The position numbers and the translations under genes were made by a program. 64,000 nucleotides of DNA. It comes from Alphaproteobacteria bacterium. GTDB lineage: Bacteria; Pseudomonadota; Alphaproteobacteria; Caulobacterales; Aquidulcibacteraceae. The DNA lies in NCBI GenBank assembly GCA_030430715.1, contig JAUIJZ010000008.1, forward strand, positions 1,450 through 65,449. Reading direction: 5' to 3'. The notes under the pieces were generated by a model. The model worked only from the letters and a program-made list of their open reading frames with translations, was not told the origin of the DNA and did not search any database. Shown here piece by piece: positions 10,217-19,686 of this stretch; positions within the stretch are counted from its first letter, which is position 1, and each line of letters opens with the position of its first letter.

Positions 10217-11716
10217 TCATTTTGTATTGAATAGGGCACGCAAAGCAGGGCGGTCCGTCTTTACGGAAGGCGTGCGCGGCAAGCTTTCGACAATGCGCCA
10301 TTGTGTTGGGATATGTGTCGCGGGCACATGCTGACGCAGGTGTATTTCAAGCTCGACAATATCTGGCGTCGGGGCGGCCGGTTTCACTTCGATCGCTGCG
10401 GCTGGGGTTTGGCCAAGCCGGCGGTCGGCAATGCCGATCACACCAGCGGCCGCTACGGCCGGGTGCAATAACAGCGCGCGCTCAATCGTTTCCGGAAGCA
10501 GCTTGAACCCGCCGCGCATGATGGCGCCGTCTGCGCGGCCGCGATGGAAAATGAATCCATCTTCGTCGATCAATGCGATGTCAGAGGTGTGAATCCAATC
10601 TGGGCCAATCCGGGGTGAAATCACTTCGAGAATGCCTTCTTGGCCTGGAGGCAATGGCGCGCCTGTCTCGATGTCGACCACGCGTAATTGCGCGCCAGGG
10701 ATTGGCTTGCCGACGCTGCCGAATTTCTTTTCACGCCATTCCTGATAGAGCGCCGGCGTCCATGCTGTTACCGGACCGCCAAACTCGGTAGCGCCATAGG
10801 AGAGCAGGATCGGGACGCCGTAATGGTCTTCAAAAGTGCGATGTACAGTCGGATCAAGCGGCGCGGCGCCTGCGCCCATGCTTTCGATGCAAGACAGCTC
10901 TTCGCGCGGAATGTTGGCGTCGAGCACCATCTGATATCCGGCAGGCGGCAAACCGCTGCGGCGCGGGCGGTAGCGAACGAGGTGGTCGCGCCAGCCCTCC
11001 ACGGTGAAACGCTCAAGCAAGACGACGCGCTGACCGCTGAGAAGCGTCGGCACGGTGGTGTAGATGCCTGAGATGTTGCCGAGCGGGAAATAGAGGAGCG
11101 CGGGCGGCTGTTTTTCAGGCGTCTGCTGGAACAGGTTGAAGCCCAGATAGTGGCGCGCAATCAGGTCATAACGTAGCGGGAATTGTTTAGGCGGGCCGGT
11201 GGTGCCGCTGGTCAGGATGTCGATGCGCGCTTCGCCTTCGGCGTCGGGGCTTTGGCGTGTGGCGTGTTCAAATCCGGCAATCGGCGCGGCATCCATTTCG
11301 CTGAGCCCAATGAGTGCAACGCCGTGCTCACGCGCCATGTCGCGTACATCCTCAACGCAATCGGCGGCGTCGGCTACAAGCACGGGCGCGTCCAGGCGTA
11401 AGACATCACGCGCGATCCCGGCTTTGGATTGATACGCATAAATCATACAGATATTGCGCTTTTCGGCGATCAGGCCGACCAAAGCCGCGAGCGCCGCCGG
11501 CCGGTTGTGCGGTGCGAATGCGATGGGTGTGCGTGGGCTGGCGCCGCTGGCGGCGATGGCGGCTTTGAGAGCAGCCGCGATCCGGCGCAGGTCGCCCCAG
11601 GTGAACCATCGGCCTTTGAACTCGATGGCCGGATCAGAATCCGGGCGTGAAAGCGCTTCGCGCGCGAGCATGTCTAGAGACGCAGGCTCGGATGGCGTCT
11701 CTTGGCGCGGTGTCAT
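10217..11716 (-). CDS. Acyl-CoA synthetase (AMP-binding, class I adenylate-forming)
   Basis: TSGTTGPPK, YGATE, GRAD and terminal PRTPSVK. Confidence 0.9.
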   Translation of the reverse strand: MTPRQETPSEPASLDMLAREALSRPDSDPAIEFKGRWFTWGDLRRIAAALKAAIAASGASPRTPIAFAPHNRPAALAALVGLIAEKRNICMIYAYQSKAGIARDVLRLDAPVLVADAADCVEDVRDMAREHGVALIGLSEMDAAPIAGFEHATRQSPDAEGEARIDILTSGTTGPPKQFPLRYDLIARHYLGFNLFQQTPEKQPPALLYFPLGNISGIYTTVPTLLSGQRVVLLERFTVEGWRDHLVRYRPRRSGLPPAGYQMVLDANIPREELSCIESMGAGAAPLDPTVHRTFEDHYGVPILLSYGATEFGGPVTAWTPALYQEWREKKFGSVGKPIPGAQLRVVDIETGAPLPPGQEGILEVISPRIGPDWIHTSDIALIDEDGFIFHRGRADGAIMRGGFKLLPETIERALLLHPAVAAAGVIGIADRRLGQTPAAAIEVKPAAPTPDIVELEIHLRQHVPATHIPTQWRIVESLPRTPSVKTDRPALRALFNTK

Positions 11717-11783
11717 GAGCGGCTTTCCTCCTGTGGCGGAGTCTACCATCGCGGAACACGCGGAAAACCTCTAAACTTGGAGC

Positions 11784-12749
11784 ATGGACGTGCAGGAATT
11801 GATCGTCGCGCCACAGGATCTACCCGACGCCGTAGCGGCTGGGCGCAATCTGGCGTTTATCGATCTGGAATCTTGTCTATCCGACACGCGCATTGCGGAA
11901 GCATCCATACCTTTGGTCGGAATTGGCGATCGCGCGCATCCGGCGGCGCCCGCGCTCGACGCGATAATTGAAGAGCCGATAAGTGCGGATGCGATTGCGC
12001 GGCAGGTTGAGCGGGCGCCGAAGGCCGCAAGCGTCGCCATGCAATTGCTGCGCGCTTTGGAGGGGATCGACGCGTCGCGCGCGCTGATGCTGGAGTCGAT
12101 GTGCTACGGGCTGCTGCAAGGCAGCGCTGAACATCGGGGCTGGCTGGCGGGGCGCAAGCCCGCGCCCAATGCACTACCCGACGGACGTGTGCGTTTGGAG
12201 CGGCGCGATGACGTGCTGCGCATCGTGCTCGATCGTCCGGAGGCGCGAAACGCCATTGGCCGTGTCATGCGCGATGGATTGAGCGAAGCCTTTGCTGTCG
12301 CCGGCGCCGATCCGGATATCAAAATTGTGGAGCTGCGCGCCGCAGGGGCGGCATTCAGTATCGGCGGCGATCTCGAGGAATTCGGCGTCACGGACGACCC
12401 GGCAAGCGCACACATTATCAGGAGCCGCACATTGCCGGCTCAGATGCTTGCGATGAGCGGCCGTGCGCAAAGCCTCCATGTGCATGTCCAGGGCGCATGT
12501 GTCGGCGCGGGCATGGAGTTGGCTGCCTTTGCAGGGCGTGTGACGGCCTCCGCTAATGCTTGGTTCCAGCTTCCGGAACTGGCCATGGGGCTCATCCCAG
12601 GCGCTGGTGGTTGCGTATCCGTGCCGGGCCGCATAGGCCGCCAGCGCGCCGCTTTGATGCTGCTTTCCGGACGGCGTATCAGCGCCAACACGGCGCTGGC
12701 ATGGGGGCTGGTGGACGAGATCAAAGAGCATGCGCCGGATGACGCCTAG
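11784..12749 (+). CDS. Enoyl-CoA hydratase/isomerase family protein with N-terminal extension
   Basis: FSIGGDL, GAGMEL, LPELAMGLIPGAGG. Confidence 0.88.
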   Translation: MDVQELIVAPQDLPDAVAAGRNLAFIDLESCLSDTRIAEASIPLVGIGDRAHPAAPALDAIIEEPISADAIARQVERAPKAASVAMQLLRALEGIDASRALMLESMCYGLLQGSAEHRGWLAGRKPAPNALPDGRVRLERRDDVLRIVLDRPEARNAIGRVMRDGLSEAFAVAGADPDIKIVELRAAGAAFSIGGDLEEFGVTDDPASAHIIRSRTLPAQMLAMSGRAQSLHVHVQGACVGAGMELAAFAGRVTASANAWFQLPELAMGLIPGAGGCVSVPGRIGRQRAALMLLSGRRISANTALAWGLVDEIKEHAPDDA

Positions 12750-12752
12750 GCG

Positions 12753-13661
12753 TCAGATTTTGGAGATCACATCAGCGCCAATGCGTTCAGCGTTTTCGCA
12801 CCATTCTTTGACGTTATTGCCGCTAACGTGGAGCGCGGCGGAAAGGATGCCGCGATCTTTGAAGCGGCCGATCTTGTCGATCAGGGATGCCGGCGTCCAT
12901 TGCTCGCCGGGCGAGGTGAGGCTGCTGAGGTGAACCTCCGGCATTTTTAGCCCAGTTTTTTCGGCGTGCGCGCGCATGTAGGCGATGCCTTCGTCGATAT
13001 CGAGTTCGCTATTCATAGCTTGCGTGCGCGCTGTCGCGGAAAGCTGTGCGGGGCCGGTGAAGAACGGATACCAGGCGTCGCCGAGTTCAACGGCGCGACG
13101 GATTGCGCGCTTGGAATTGCCGCCGATCAGAATAGGCGGATGCGGACGCTGTAAGGGGCGCGGCATGACGCGATTGCCGAGAGCCTGATAGCCCGTGCCT
13201 TCAAAAGTGAATTCATCTTGCGTCCACGCCGCTTTCAGCGCGCGGATATATTCATCCATGATTTCGTTGCGTTGATCGAAATTGGCGCCGAGCGCCTTGT
13301 ATTCGCCTTTTAAGTAACCTGCGCCGACACCAAGCGAAACGCGGCCTTTGGAGAAGATGTCGAGTGTGGCGACGGAGCGCGCAACGATGAAGGGATTGCG
13401 GTAGGGCAGCACGAGGATGCCGGTTTGCAGGCGCAGGGTTTTGGTCGCAGCCGCGATGAAGGACAGCATGACGAATGGATCTTGCGCGTTGTGCCCACCG
13501 GCATCGAGCCAACGGCCCGTCGGCGCCGGGTGATCGGTGACGCATGCGCCCGCAAAGCCAGCGCGTTCCGCCGCTTGGGAAATCGCGGTCACTGCTTCCG
13601 GCGTCTGGAAATCGTCCGGCGTGCCGGAACGATCGAAGGGCATGGTGACGTTAATTCTCAT
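12753..13661 (-). CDS. LLM-class oxidoreductase, probably F420-dependent (Rv2161c-like)
   Basis: TDHP, DPFVML, LPYRNP, GVGAG...E, IGGNS motifs. Confidence 0.85.
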   Translation of the reverse strand: MRINVTMPFDRSGTPDDFQTPEAVTAISQAAERAGFAGACVTDHPAPTGRWLDAGGHNAQDPFVMLSFIAAATKTLRLQTGILVLPYRNPFIVARSVATLDIFSKGRVSLGVGAGYLKGEYKALGANFDQRNEIMDEYIRALKAAWTQDEFTFEGTGYQALGNRVMPRPLQRPHPPILIGGNSKRAIRRAVELGDAWYPFFTGPAQLSATARTQAMNSELDIDEGIAYMRAHAEKTGLKMPEVHLSSLTSPGEQWTPASLIDKIGRFKDRGILSAALHVSGNNVKEWCENAERIGADVISKI

Positions 13662-13671
13662 CGGATCACCT

Positions 13672-14532
13672 TCAGGCTTTCAGGGTTTCCTCGACGAGCA
13701 CCCACTTACCGGTTTGATTGCGCACCCAGCCGCTCGACGCCCATGTGCCGCCATCGACGGGAAGAGTAGCGCCATTCACATAAGCACTCATGTTCGACGC
13801 GAGAAACACGGCTGCGTCGCCGCATTCGCTATCGATGCCGGCGCGTCCTGCCGGAATGCGGCGCGCGGTGGCGTCGTCTTGGGCGGCGTTCGGCTTGAAC
13901 CATTTGGACTCATCGACGGGCCCGCCAATATTGCCGCGCGTGCCCGGCGTGATTGTGTAGTCCGGCGCTATGGCGTTGACGCGAATACGGTGCTCCGCCA
14001 GCTCGAGCGCCATCGTGCGCGTAAAATTCAGCATGCCGGCCTTACAGGCCGCGTAGGCCGCATAGCCGGGCGCTGCGCGCGAGCCCTCAATACTGGCCAC
14101 ATTGATGATGGCGCCGCCGCGCTTGCCTTTGATGATTTCTGGAACCGCAGCGTGCGTGGCGGCGAACATGCTGACTAGATTGAGGTCTATCAGTTTACGC
14201 CAGCTTTTTTCGGATTGGTCCAAAAAGGGGCGCTGATTAGTGCCGCCAGCATTGTTGACGAGAATATCGAGCCGGCCGAATTCCTTCGCGGCTCGCTCGA
14301 CCGTTGCTCGGATTTTGTCCGTATCGGCAACGTCTGTCGGCGCGGAAAGGGCGCGGCGTCCTAAGGCGCGCACGCGTGCGGCGGTCTCCTCGCAACGCTC
14401 CGGAACAATGTCGGCTATGACGATATCAGCACCGACGGACGCGAAGGCCAGCGCAATGGCGCGCCCGATGCCGCCGCCGCCACCGGTGATAATGGCGACC
14501 TGTTCGGTCAAAGACATATCGGGCGGGGGCAT
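13672..14532 (-). CDS. SDR family oxidoreductase
   Basis: TGGGGGIG, NNAG, YAACK; AGAGG upstream of the start. Confidence 0.92.
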   Translation of the reverse strand: MPPPDMSLTEQVAIITGGGGGIGRAIALAFASVGADIVIADIVPERCEETAARVRALGRRALSAPTDVADTDKIRATVERAAKEFGRLDILVNNAGGTNQRPFLDQSEKSWRKLIDLNLVSMFAATHAAVPEIIKGKRGGAIINVASIEGSRAAPGYAAYAACKAGMLNFTRTMALELAEHRIRVNAIAPDYTITPGTRGNIGGPVDESKWFKPNAAQDDATARRIPAGRAGIDSECGDAAVFLASNMSAYVNGATLPVDGGTWASSGWVRNQTGKWVLVEETLKA

Positions 14533-14644
14533 GTGTCACCTCTGTTCAGGAGGCAGAATAGCGCGGCGACTGAAGGCGTAGCATAGCACGCACGGCTAGA
14601 TACCGCACGGGCGATATCTAGGACCTGTGCGCCAGTGGATCCTG

Positions 14645-15232
14645 CTATGCGCGCAATGCCTCCGGCACATCCGCCAGATCGTTCGGCTCGTCTATGTCTA
14701 GCGCCAAGGTTGGCGAACAGATCGCGGCTATATTGAGTGCGAGGCGTTCAATCTCGGCGCTATGCAAAGCGAAGCTGTTCGCCCCGAATTGAAATTTGAA
14801 ATCGGCTGCGGCTGGGAGAGGCAGCGATAGGGCGTTTGTGCCGGAGCGTTTACGATCGGGTGCGATGGCGCAAACATCGGCTCCAAGCATCGCGAGTGCG
14901 TCTACATCATGGGATGTGAGCTTTGGCAGATCGGCTGCAATGATGATGACGCGGTCGACGCCCGCTTTAGCAGCGACGTGGAGCGCTTGCGTAAGCTCGT
15001 CATTGAGGCCTGCGCCTCGGTCCGCGAGCCGCGGAGTTGAGTGTGGCAAGGCATGGCGCGATGGCCCAAGCACATAGACTTTGTCGACGTGCAATGCTGC
15101 GCTTGTCGTCTCCACCACATGGCGCAGCATGTTCGCAACAAGGCGCAGGCGGGCCGTTTCACTGAGCGCCGGCTGAAGCCTTGTTTTGCAATTTTGGGGC
15201 GCCTTGATTGGCGTAATGGCCCAGCAGGTCAC
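14645..15232 (-). CDS. cofC: 2-phospho-L-lactate/phosphoenolpyruvate guanylyltransferase
   Basis: PIK...KTRL, GLN, ADLP, PDR..GTNAL, FG..SF..H, DID...DL motifs; GTG start; neighbours cofE/cofD. Confidence 0.92.
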   Translation of the reverse strand: MTCWAITPIKAPQNCKTRLQPALSETARLRLVANMLRHVVETTSAALHVDKVYVLGPSRHALPHSTPRLADRGAGLNDELTQALHVAAKAGVDRVIIIAADLPKLTSHDVDALAMLGADVCAIAPDRKRSGTNALSLPLPAAADFKFQFGANSFALHSAEIERLALNIAAICSPTLALDIDEPNDLADVPEALRA

Positions 15233-15525
15233 GACGGCATGGACTTAAGGCCGAGCACAAAGTCCTTGTTCGCTGGCGCAATATTGTTAGCGGCGAACGC
15301 GGCCTCGCTATGTTTGGCGTGCGGATGCGCAAGGTGACTGGGGTGTTCCGCGCGGCCGGCAATGGCGAGTACAGCCATGATTATCTCCCAAGACGCTTCA
15401 AGCATGCGCGCGCGCTAGCCGCAATCGGGCTCGACTGGACAGGTTCGGCTTGTGGCGCCACTGTTTGCCACGGCTGCAGCGGCGGCTGTAATAGGCAATC
15501 CGCTGAGGCGAAAGGGTGCTTTCAG

Positions 15526-16335
15526 ATGCAGCCAGAAGACGCGCCCGCTTCCGGGCCAAGCGTCGTCACCGGCATGAGTGTGACGGTTCTACGTGGGTTG
15601 CCAATGTTTCAAGAGGGCATGAGCGTAGCGCGCGAAATCGCCAAGGCCGCACTGCATGTAGGGTTTAATGTCAACGACGGCGATGTGGTGGTGGTCGCTC
15701 AAAAAATAGTCTCGAAGGTTGAAGGGCGAAAAGTGCGTCTGAGTGATGTGGAGGCTGGCGCGGAGGCAGAGACGCTTGCGCAGCGCACTGGCCGGCCTGC
15801 CGCTCTGATGCAATTGATGCGTGATGAAAGCGCTGAGATTATGCGCGCTACGCCACAAGTGACGATCACGCGTCAACGCACCGGTCATGTTGCAGCAAAT
15901 GCGGGCATAGATGCGTCCAATATAGAAGGCGGCGAAGATGACGCCGTTTTGCTTTGGCCGCGCGATGCGGACGCTAGCGCGCGGGCCATCCGTGCTGAGC
16001 TAAGCGCAGCGTCAGGTGCGGCGCCTGCTGTGTTGATCGCCGACAGTTTGGGCCGCGCATGGCGCATGGGCACAATTGGCACGGCGATTGGCTGCGCTGG
16101 ATTGCAAGTACTGCACGATCGCTGCGGCGAGGCTGACCTCTTTGGCAGGGCGTTGCGCGCCACGTTGGTCGGTGTTGCGGACTCGATTGCGGCGGTGGCG
16201 GTCTTGGCCATGGGCGAGGGGGCGGAGGGCACGCCGGTTGCGATTGTGCGCGGGGTGCAGCGTTATGTGACGCGCGAGGATGGAAACGGCGCGGTTATGG
16301 CTCTGCGTCCGCTGGATCAGGATCTATTCCGGTGA
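15526..16335 (+). CDS. cofE: Coenzyme F420-0:L-glutamate ligase (stand-alone, no nitroreductase domain)
   Basis: VAQKIVSKVEGR, ANAGIDASN, DSLGRAWR, GEGAEGTP, ending RPLDQDLFR. Confidence 0.92.
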   Translation: MQPEDAPASGPSVVTGMSVTVLRGLPMFQEGMSVAREIAKAALHVGFNVNDGDVVVVAQKIVSKVEGRKVRLSDVEAGAEAETLAQRTGRPAALMQLMRDESAEIMRATPQVTITRQRTGHVAANAGIDASNIEGGEDDAVLLWPRDADASARAIRAELSAASGAAPAVLIADSLGRAWRMGTIGTAIGCAGLQVLHDRCGEADLFGRALRATLVGVADSIAAVAVLAMGEGAEGTPVAIVRGVQRYVTREDGNGAVMALRPLDQDLFR

Positions 16336-17294
16336 TGGAAGGGCATGTGCTGGCGCTCTGCGGCGGCGTGGGCGGCGCCAAGTTCGCGGCGGGGCTGGCG
16401 GCAGTGCTGCCCCCGGAGCAGCTAACCATCGTCGTCAATACGGGCGATGATTTCGAACATATCGGGCTCAGCATTTCGCCAGACATTGACACCGTCTTGT
16501 ACGCCTTGTCCGGGCTTTCCGATGCTGTGCGCGGCTGGGGAGTCGCTGATGAGAGTTGGCGCTGCATGGAGATGCTTGAGCGCTTGGGTGAGCCGCAATG
16601 GTTCATGCTTGGCGATCGCGATCTCGCCATGCATTTGGCGCGCACCCATCGCTTGCGCGCCGGAGAGACTTTGTCGGGGGTCACATCAGATCTCGCGCTT
16701 CGCCTAGGTATTGCAGCGGCGATCGCACCCATGAGCGACGACCGTGTGCGCACCGAGGTTGACACCGAGCAGTGTGCGTTGCCGTTTCAACGCTATTTCG
16801 TCGCTGAGCAGTGTAAGCCCGTGGCGCGCGCCATTCGCTACGTGGGTGCAGAGGTGGCGCGACCATCACCGGCTTTTTCCGCTGCCTTGACGCGGCGTGA
16901 CCTCGCCGCCGTGATGATCTGTCCGTCCAATCCCTATCTCAGCATAGACCCGATCTTGGCGGTTCCTGGCGTGCGTGCGCAGTTGGAGCGTGTGCGTGCG
17001 CCGCGGGTGGCGGTCTCGCCGATTATCGCCGGCAAGGCGCTCAAAGGGCCTGCGGCCAAGCTCATGGGGGAGCTTGGGGTGGAGCCGGATGTAGTTTCTG
17101 TTGCGCGCCATTATCGTGAGCTGATCGACGTGCTGATCATTGATGAGTCCGACGCTGCGCGTGCTGGCGATGTCGAGGCCGTTGGCGTAAAGGCGGTGAC
17201 AGCGCCCGCCATCATGCGTACGGCGGCTGATCGTGCTGCGCTCGCACGCGAAGCATTGGCGGCGGCGCGCCAGTCGAAGGGAGTGGCCGTTTGA
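16335..17294 (+). CDS. cofD: 2-phospho-L-lactate transferase
   Basis: GGVGGAKF, NTGDDF, SPDIDT, LGDRDLA, PSNPYLSIDPIL, KGPA; overlaps cofE stop. Confidence 0.95.
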   Translation: MEGHVLALCGGVGGAKFAAGLAAVLPPEQLTIVVNTGDDFEHIGLSISPDIDTVLYALSGLSDAVRGWGVADESWRCMEMLERLGEPQWFMLGDRDLAMHLARTHRLRAGETLSGVTSDLALRLGIAAAIAPMSDDRVRTEVDTEQCALPFQRYFVAEQCKPVARAIRYVGAEVARPSPAFSAALTRRDLAAVMICPSNPYLSIDPILAVPGVRAQLERVRAPRVAVSPIIAGKALKGPAAKLMGELGVEPDVVSVARHYRELIDVLIIDESDAARAGDVEAVGVKAVTAPAIMRTAADRAALAREALAAARQSKGVAV

Positions 17295-19630
17295 AACTGG
17301 AGGCGGATACAAGTCTACGGCGTTGGCTGCTTGAGGCGCCGACCGAGACCTTGCTCACGGAAGCGCGCGCGCGTCGTGATGGGCGTGGTCCAATGCGGAC
17401 GACCTATTCGCGAAAAGTGTTTATCCCGCTGACGCAGCTTTGCGCCGATGTTTGCCATTATTGCACCTTTGCGAAGGCGCCGCGCAAATTGGCCGCCACG
17501 TATCTGACGCCCGACCAAGCGCTGGACATTGCGCGGCGTGGCGCGGCGATGGGATGCAAGGAAGCGTTGTTTACGCTCGGCGATGCGCCTGAGCGCCGTT
17601 ATGCGGTCGCGCGGGATGCACTGACCGAAATGGGCTTTGAGCGCACGATCGATTATGTCGCGCATGTCGCGGGGCTGGTGCTCAAGGAAACGGGACTTCT
17701 ACCGCACATCAATGCCGGCGTTCTGAGTGAGGACGATTATCGCCAGCTGCGCGGTGTTTCGGCATCGGCGGGGCTCATGCTGGAAAGCGCGTCGGACAGG
17801 CTGTGCGAACGCGGTGGACCGCATTTCGGTTCGCCGGACAAGCGCCCCGCTGTGCGAATGGAGTCGCTCGCGGCGGCGGGCGTGGTGCGCATGCCGGTCA
17901 CAAGCGGTGTACTGATTGGTATCGGTGAGACTGAAGAAGAGCGGTTGGATGCGCTGATTGCGCTGCGCGATCTGCATCGCCGTTACGGCCATCTACAAGA
18001 AGTGATCGTGCAGAACTTCCTGCCTAAGGCTGGCACGCGCATGGAGCATGCGTCGCCGCCGCCGGAAGACGCTTTTTTGCGGGCGGTCGCCTGGGCGCGC
18101 ATCGTTCTCGATGACGATGTAGCCGTGCAAGCGCCGCCAAACTTGAATATGGCGCGGCTCGCACGGTTGCTTGATGCTGGCATCGACGATTGGGGCGGCG
18201 TTTCGCCTGTGACCGCCGATCATGTCAATCCTGAAGCGCCCTGGCCGGAAGTTGAACGGCTCGCCGCAGTTTGCGCACGTGCGGGCCGGCCATTGACCGA
18301 GCGCCTTACTATCTATCCGAGGTTTGCTCTCGCCTCTGAAATTTGGCTCGACGCGGCCGTGCGCCCTGCTGTGTTGGCGCTAAGTGATGGCGAGGGGCTT
18401 GGGCGGGAAGGCGATTGGAGCCCCGGCGTGGCCGCGCCAGCGTTGGGTTCGTCACAAAAACCGTTGCCGCACGCGCCGGGTATAATGGGCGACGCTGCTA
18501 TTGAGCGTAATCTTGCGCGCGCGCAGAACGGGATGGAGCTTTCGGAAGCCGATATCGTGCGGTTGTTCGAGAGCCGCGGTGCGGCGGCGGAAGCGATTGT
18601 GCGCGCGGCGGATGCATTGCGCGCCGAGGTGAAGGGCGACGCGGTGACGTATGTTGTCAACCGCAACATCAACTATACCAATATATGTAGCTATAAGTGT
18701 TCCTTCTGTGCGTTCTCCAAAACGTCGGCGAAAGCCGGTCATCGCGATACGCCTTACGTGCTCGACTATGAGGAGGTCGCTGCGCGCACGCTTGAGGCGC
18801 GGGCGCGTGGCTCGACGGAGGTGTGCCTGCAGGGCGGTATTCATCCAAGTTATACGGGGGAGACCTATCTCGGCATTCTTGAGTCGGTGAAGCGTGCCTG
18901 TCCGGACATGCATGTACACGCCTTCTCGCCGCTTGAGGTGAGCTCTGGCGCCGCCACGTTGAAGATGCCGGTACGCGATTTCCTGAAACGCTTGAAGGAG
19001 GCGGGGCTCGGCTCGTTGCCGGGCACGGCGGCGGAAATTCTCGATGACGAGGTGCGGGCGCTTATCTGCCCCGATAAATTATCTACCCAAGAATGGCTCA
19101 GCGTCGTGAAGACTGCGCATGAGGTTGGCTTGGCGACGACGGCGACAATCATGTTCGGCCACGTAGAGACTTACACACATTGGGCGCGGCATTTGCTCGC
19201 TATTCGCCGCCTGCAATTGCAAACGGGTGGGTTCACGGAGTTCGTACCGCTACCGTTCGTACATATGGAAGCCCCGATGTTTCATCGCGGAAAGGCGCGG
19301 CGAGGGCCAACATGGCGCGAGACGGTGCTGATGCATGCGGTGAGCCGTTTGGTACTACATGGTGCGATCGATTCTATTCAGTGTTCTTGGGTCAAGCTTG
19401 GCGTGGACGGGGCCGCAGCCTGTCTTGCGGCAGGCGTGAACGATCTTGGCGGCGTGCTCATGAATGAGAGCATCAGCCGCGCGGCGGGCGCTGCGCATGG
19501 GCAAGAAGTCAATGTTGAAGACCTCGCTGCGGCAGCGCGTGCGGCTGGCCGTACGCTGCGCCAGCGTACTACGCTCTATGGCCTGATCGATGAAGGCGGG
19601 TCGCAGGCTCTGGCTCAGGCGCCCGCCTGA
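17291..19630 (+). CDS. fbiC: Bifunctional FO synthase (fused CofG-CofH)
   Basis: Two radical-SAM motifs (CADVCHYC, CSYKCSFC), DDWGGVSPVT.D.VNPE.PWP, SLPGTAAEIL; TTG start overlaps cofD stop. Confidence 0.95.
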   Translation: MKLEADTSLRRWLLEAPTETLLTEARARRDGRGPMRTTYSRKVFIPLTQLCADVCHYCTFAKAPRKLAATYLTPDQALDIARRGAAMGCKEALFTLGDAPERRYAVARDALTEMGFERTIDYVAHVAGLVLKETGLLPHINAGVLSEDDYRQLRGVSASAGLMLESASDRLCERGGPHFGSPDKRPAVRMESLAAAGVVRMPVTSGVLIGIGETEEERLDALIALRDLHRRYGHLQEVIVQNFLPKAGTRMEHASPPPEDAFLRAVAWARIVLDDDVAVQAPPNLNMARLARLLDAGIDDWGGVSPVTADHVNPEAPWPEVERLAAVCARAGRPLTERLTIYPRFALASEIWLDAAVRPAVLALSDGEGLGREGDWSPGVAAPALGSSQKPLPHAPGIMGDAAIERNLARAQNGMELSEADIVRLFESRGAAAEAIVRAADALRAEVKGDAVTYVVNRNINYTNICSYKCSFCAFSKTSAKAGHRDTPYVLDYEEVAARTLEARARGSTEVCLQGGIHPSYTGETYLGILESVKRACPDMHVHAFSPLEVSSGAATLKMPVRDFLKRLKEAGLGSLPGTAAEILDDEVRALICPDKLSTQEWLSVVKTAHEVGLATTATIMFGHVETYTHWARHLLAIRRLQLQTGGFTEFVPLPFVHMEAPMFHRGKARRGPTWRETVLMHAVSRLVLHGAIDSIQCSWVKLGVDGAAACLAAGVNDLGGVLMNESISRAAGAAHGQEVNVEDLAAAARAAGRTLRQRTTLYGLIDEGGSQALAQAPA

Positions 19631-19635
19631 TGCCA

Positions 19636-19663
19636 TTGACGCAAAGTGTCACCGCTCTAGTCT
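19636..19663 (+). promoter_or_regulatory. Putative sigma70-type promoter with an overlapping inverted repeat
   Basis: TTGACG-N16-TAGTCT; TGAC-N7-GTCA dyad at 19637-19651. Confidence 0.4.
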
Positions 19664-19686
19664 GAAGACAGAGAGGGAGATGTCGG

